A stretch of 45,008 nt of DNA from positions 1 to 45,008 of the forward strand of contig CAYILT010000003.1 in assembly GCA_964364055.1 (NCBI GenBank), read 5' to 3'. Positions within the stretch are counted from its first letter, which is position 1, and every line of letters begins with the position of its first letter. Both the position numbers and the translations under genes were made by a program. Origin of the DNA: an uncultured Nitrospiraceae bacterium (GTDB taxonomy: Bacteria; Nitrospirota; UBA9217). Of this stretch, positions 42,886 to 45,008 are shown piece by piece. The notes beneath the pieces are model-generated. The model was not told the origin of the DNA and ran no database searches. It was given only the letters and a program-made list of their open reading frames with translations.

Positions 42886-45008
42886 TTATATGCTCTTCGT
42901 AACAAAAACCTCTTCCCCCAGCATGTCGATGATCTTGACGGCAACCGTCGTATCTCCGCTCGAAGCAGGCAACTGATAGCTGCCCCGCACATAATCCGTC
43001 TTTTTCTCCGGCACATCGGAAAGAACGACATTAAAGACCCTGCCGTCATAGGCGGTATCGATCATCACGCAGTCCACCATGGCCCGCCAGTCGTCGATCT
43101 TCGGCTTCAGGAGGCCCGCTTGCTGCGACAGGCGTTCGATGATGGTCGGAGAAATGAAGTCCTCTATCTCAATGGAAATTGTATCCTTTTTGCGGGATAT
43201 CTTGACCTTTGCCTTCGCAGGCTCGTGCTTCATGAACTTGCCGTACTTAGGATCAGTGCGAAGCTCAATGGCTTCGATCTTGTTGACAGCACCTTTACCC
43301 TTGCGAAGCCGGTTCCAGTCCTCAATCCATGCCCTGGCGGCAAGCTCCATCCCGAGGCAAACGACGGTCATCGGCCGGTCTTCTTCAGGCCGGGCTTCCA
43401 GCTCGCGCCGAAGTTCTTCAAGGTCCAGCGGGGTGAGTGGATGGCCGAACGGAATGATCTTGACGAGAGACTTCCGGTAGGTGCCGTCGAAGTAGGCGTC
43501 CGTGCGCATGCGTTCGATGCCTATGTGCTCGCACGCGAGGTTTACGGCTTCGTTGTGCTGGATCGCAAGGTCGTAATCGTTCACGCGCCAGAGTGAGAAG
43601 GATTGTTGGGCGGGTTCAAATCCCCCCTCGCCCCCCTTTGTTAACTGAGGGGGGATATTATTTTCGGCATTATTATTACTACTTCCCCCTTTGGAAAAGG
43701 GGGATTGAGGGGGATTTTCATCATGTGTCAGCGGCAGGGTGAGGGGCCTGTTCTTCGCCTCTTCTATCTGCTCATTGATAATCGTCTGCAACCGCTTAGA
43801 GGTCGTCTGAATAGCGCCGTTATTAATGTCACATCCTATCCAGCGGCGGCCAAGCTTTTGTGCGACTGCCGCGGTAGTACCGGAGCCGAGGAAGCAGTCA
43901 AGAACAATGTCGCCCGGATTTGACGATGCATTTACAATCCGCCGAATGAGTGCTTCAGGCTTCTGTGTAGGATAGTCTTCACGCTCATCAGACTGAGCCT
44001 GGATTGCCAACATATCATTCCAAAGATCTGGTGCAGGCTTCCCATCCTCGACTTCCTCAAGATATGATTTAGTCTGAATACGCTGACCCTTGTCTGCTGG
44101 AAAATACAGGCGGCCCAGACTATCTAACTCTTTCATACGATCCAAGGATACCTTCCACCCATTGGCAGGTGGTTTGTATCCCTTGTAGTCGTATATCAGG
44201 TTCGGACGATAGTTAGGACTTGCAAAATTTCCTAACCTGAATCTTCTCCAACCCAATGGGAAATCTTCTCCCCGTTGTATACGTTTTATCTCCCCAGTTG
44301 GAGATTCGGCATATACAAAGAACTGTTCAATATATTCTTTCGACTGTGGAACTTTTGGATCGTTCCATTTATACACTTCGCCCTTCGTATAAAAAAGAAT
44401 GATATCATGCACAACGCCGTACCGACCAGGATCATTGTGTGATGCTGTCCGTTGCCATACAATCTCATTTACCAGTCTTTCAGTGCCGAATACTTCATCC
44501 ATGAGACAGCGAAGCTGATGATTTCTATGCCAATCACAATGAAGATAGATACTCCCATCCTCCGTCAGTAGCTCCTTCATCAGCATCAACCGCTCGTACA
44601 TAAACTGAAGATAATTATCATTCGCCCAGATATCTGTGTACTGAATCTGCTCACCGAGGGTGTAAGTCTCGCCGTCGAGCTTGGCCGTGCCTTTCGGGCC
44701 GCGCAGAGAAACCTTGCGCACGTAGTCCGCGCCGGAGTCGAAAGGCGGATCGATGTAGATGAGATTCACCTTGCCGCGAAAACCGTTGGCGAGGAGATGG
44801 GCGAGGACTTCCTTGTTGTCGCCGTGGAACAGGAGGCCGCCTTTGGGATAGGCTGACGGCCAATCCTTCCAAATCCCCCCGGCTTCGCCGACCCCCTTTG
44901 TCAAAGGGGGTGACGCGAATGCGGCGGGGGATTTTTCTGGTGAGAACGTTTCCACATGCTGTGCCGGGAATGCGGTGACGTGCGAGAGCGGGCGTTTGCC
45001 CACCCAGG
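42886..45008 (-). CDS. Adenine-specific DNA methyltransferase (type III Mod-like, beta class), 5' partial
   Basis: LFHGDN, LIYIDPPF, YPTQKPE, DCFLGSGTTAAVA. The frame stays open to the window edge (WVGKRPL). Confidence 0.92.
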   Translation of the reverse strand, partial: WVGKRPLSHVTAFPAQHVETFSPEKSPAAFASPPLTKGVGEAGGIWKDWPSAYPKGGLLFHGDNKEVLAHLLANGFRGKVNLIYIDPPFDSGADYVRKVSLRGPKGTAKLDGETYTLGEQIQYTDIWANDNYLQFMYERLMLMKELLTEDGSIYLHCDWHRNHQLRCLMDEVFGTERLVNEIVWQRTASHNDPGRYGVVHDIILFYTKGEVYKWNDPKVPQSKEYIEQFFVYAESPTGEIKRIQRGEDFPLGWRRFRLGNFASPNYRPNLIYDYKGYKPPANGWKVSLDRMKELDSLGRLYFPADKGQRIQTKSYLEEVEDGKPAPDLWNDMLAIQAQSDEREDYPTQKPEALIRRIVNASSNPGDIVLDCFLGSGTTAAVAQKLGRRWIGCDINNGAIQTTSKRLQTIINEQIEEAKNRPLTLPLTHDENPPQSPFSKGGSSNNNAENNIPPQLTKGGEGGFEPAQQSFSLWRVNDYDLAIQHNEAVNLACEHIGIERMRTDAYFDGTYRKSLVKIIPFGHPLTPLDLEELRRELEARPEEDRPMTVVCLGMELAARAWIEDWNRLRKGKGAVNKIEAIELRTDPKYGKFMKHEPAKAKVKISRKKDTISIEIEDFISPTIIERLSQQAGLLKPKIDDWRAMVDCVMIDTAYDGRVFNVVLSDVPEKKTDYVRGSYQLPASSGDTTVAVKIIDMLGEEVFVTKSI
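43618..43718. repeat. Palindromic element translated inside the MTase
   Basis: AAATCCCCCC...CCCCCTTTGGAAAAGGGGGATTGAGGGGGATTT; 43684-43717 is 33/34 identical to intergenic 10715-10748. Confidence 0.85.
44871..44934. repeat. Second palindromic element inside the MTase
   Basis: AAATCCCCCC...CCCCCTTTGTCAAAGGGGG...GGGGGATTT. Confidence 0.8.

Overview
GC-rich bacterial window, probably from an anaerobic sulfur-cycling Nitrospirota- or Desulfobacterota-like organism (inferred from gene content only). (1) 1.1-13.0 kb: an 11-subunit complex I-like operon, nuoABCD-HIJKLMN without nuoEFG, followed by a CBS gene. Its spacers hold nested short-repeat arrays and MITE-like elements. (2) 13.1-20.2 kb: two paralogous minus-strand modules. 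Each has a stand-alone receiver, a DUF4388/PATAN-like protein, a membrane sensor that stops right after its HAMP domain, and a multiheme cytochrome c (one intact, one collapsed to a relic). (3) 20.3-29.0 kb: a partly decayed sulfur-carrier region with YeeE/YedE, two TusA, DsrE/F-like pseudogenes, two paralogous small membrane proteins, USP, GT-C, an FAD oxidoreductase and a broken B12 radical SAM gene. It has sigma54 promoters with a shared TGT-N10-ACA site. (4) 29.2-33.8 kb: the divergent candidate regulator, made of a tandem PhnD-like binding protein, a histidine kinase with a Cys-rich insert inside HAMP, and a sigma54 activator. (5) rng, a GAF-GGDEF gene and panC. (6) 37.9-45.0 kb: an accessory island ending in a partial type III Mod-like methyltransferase that carries translated palindromic insertions. 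No rRNA, tRNA or CRISPR array was seen.
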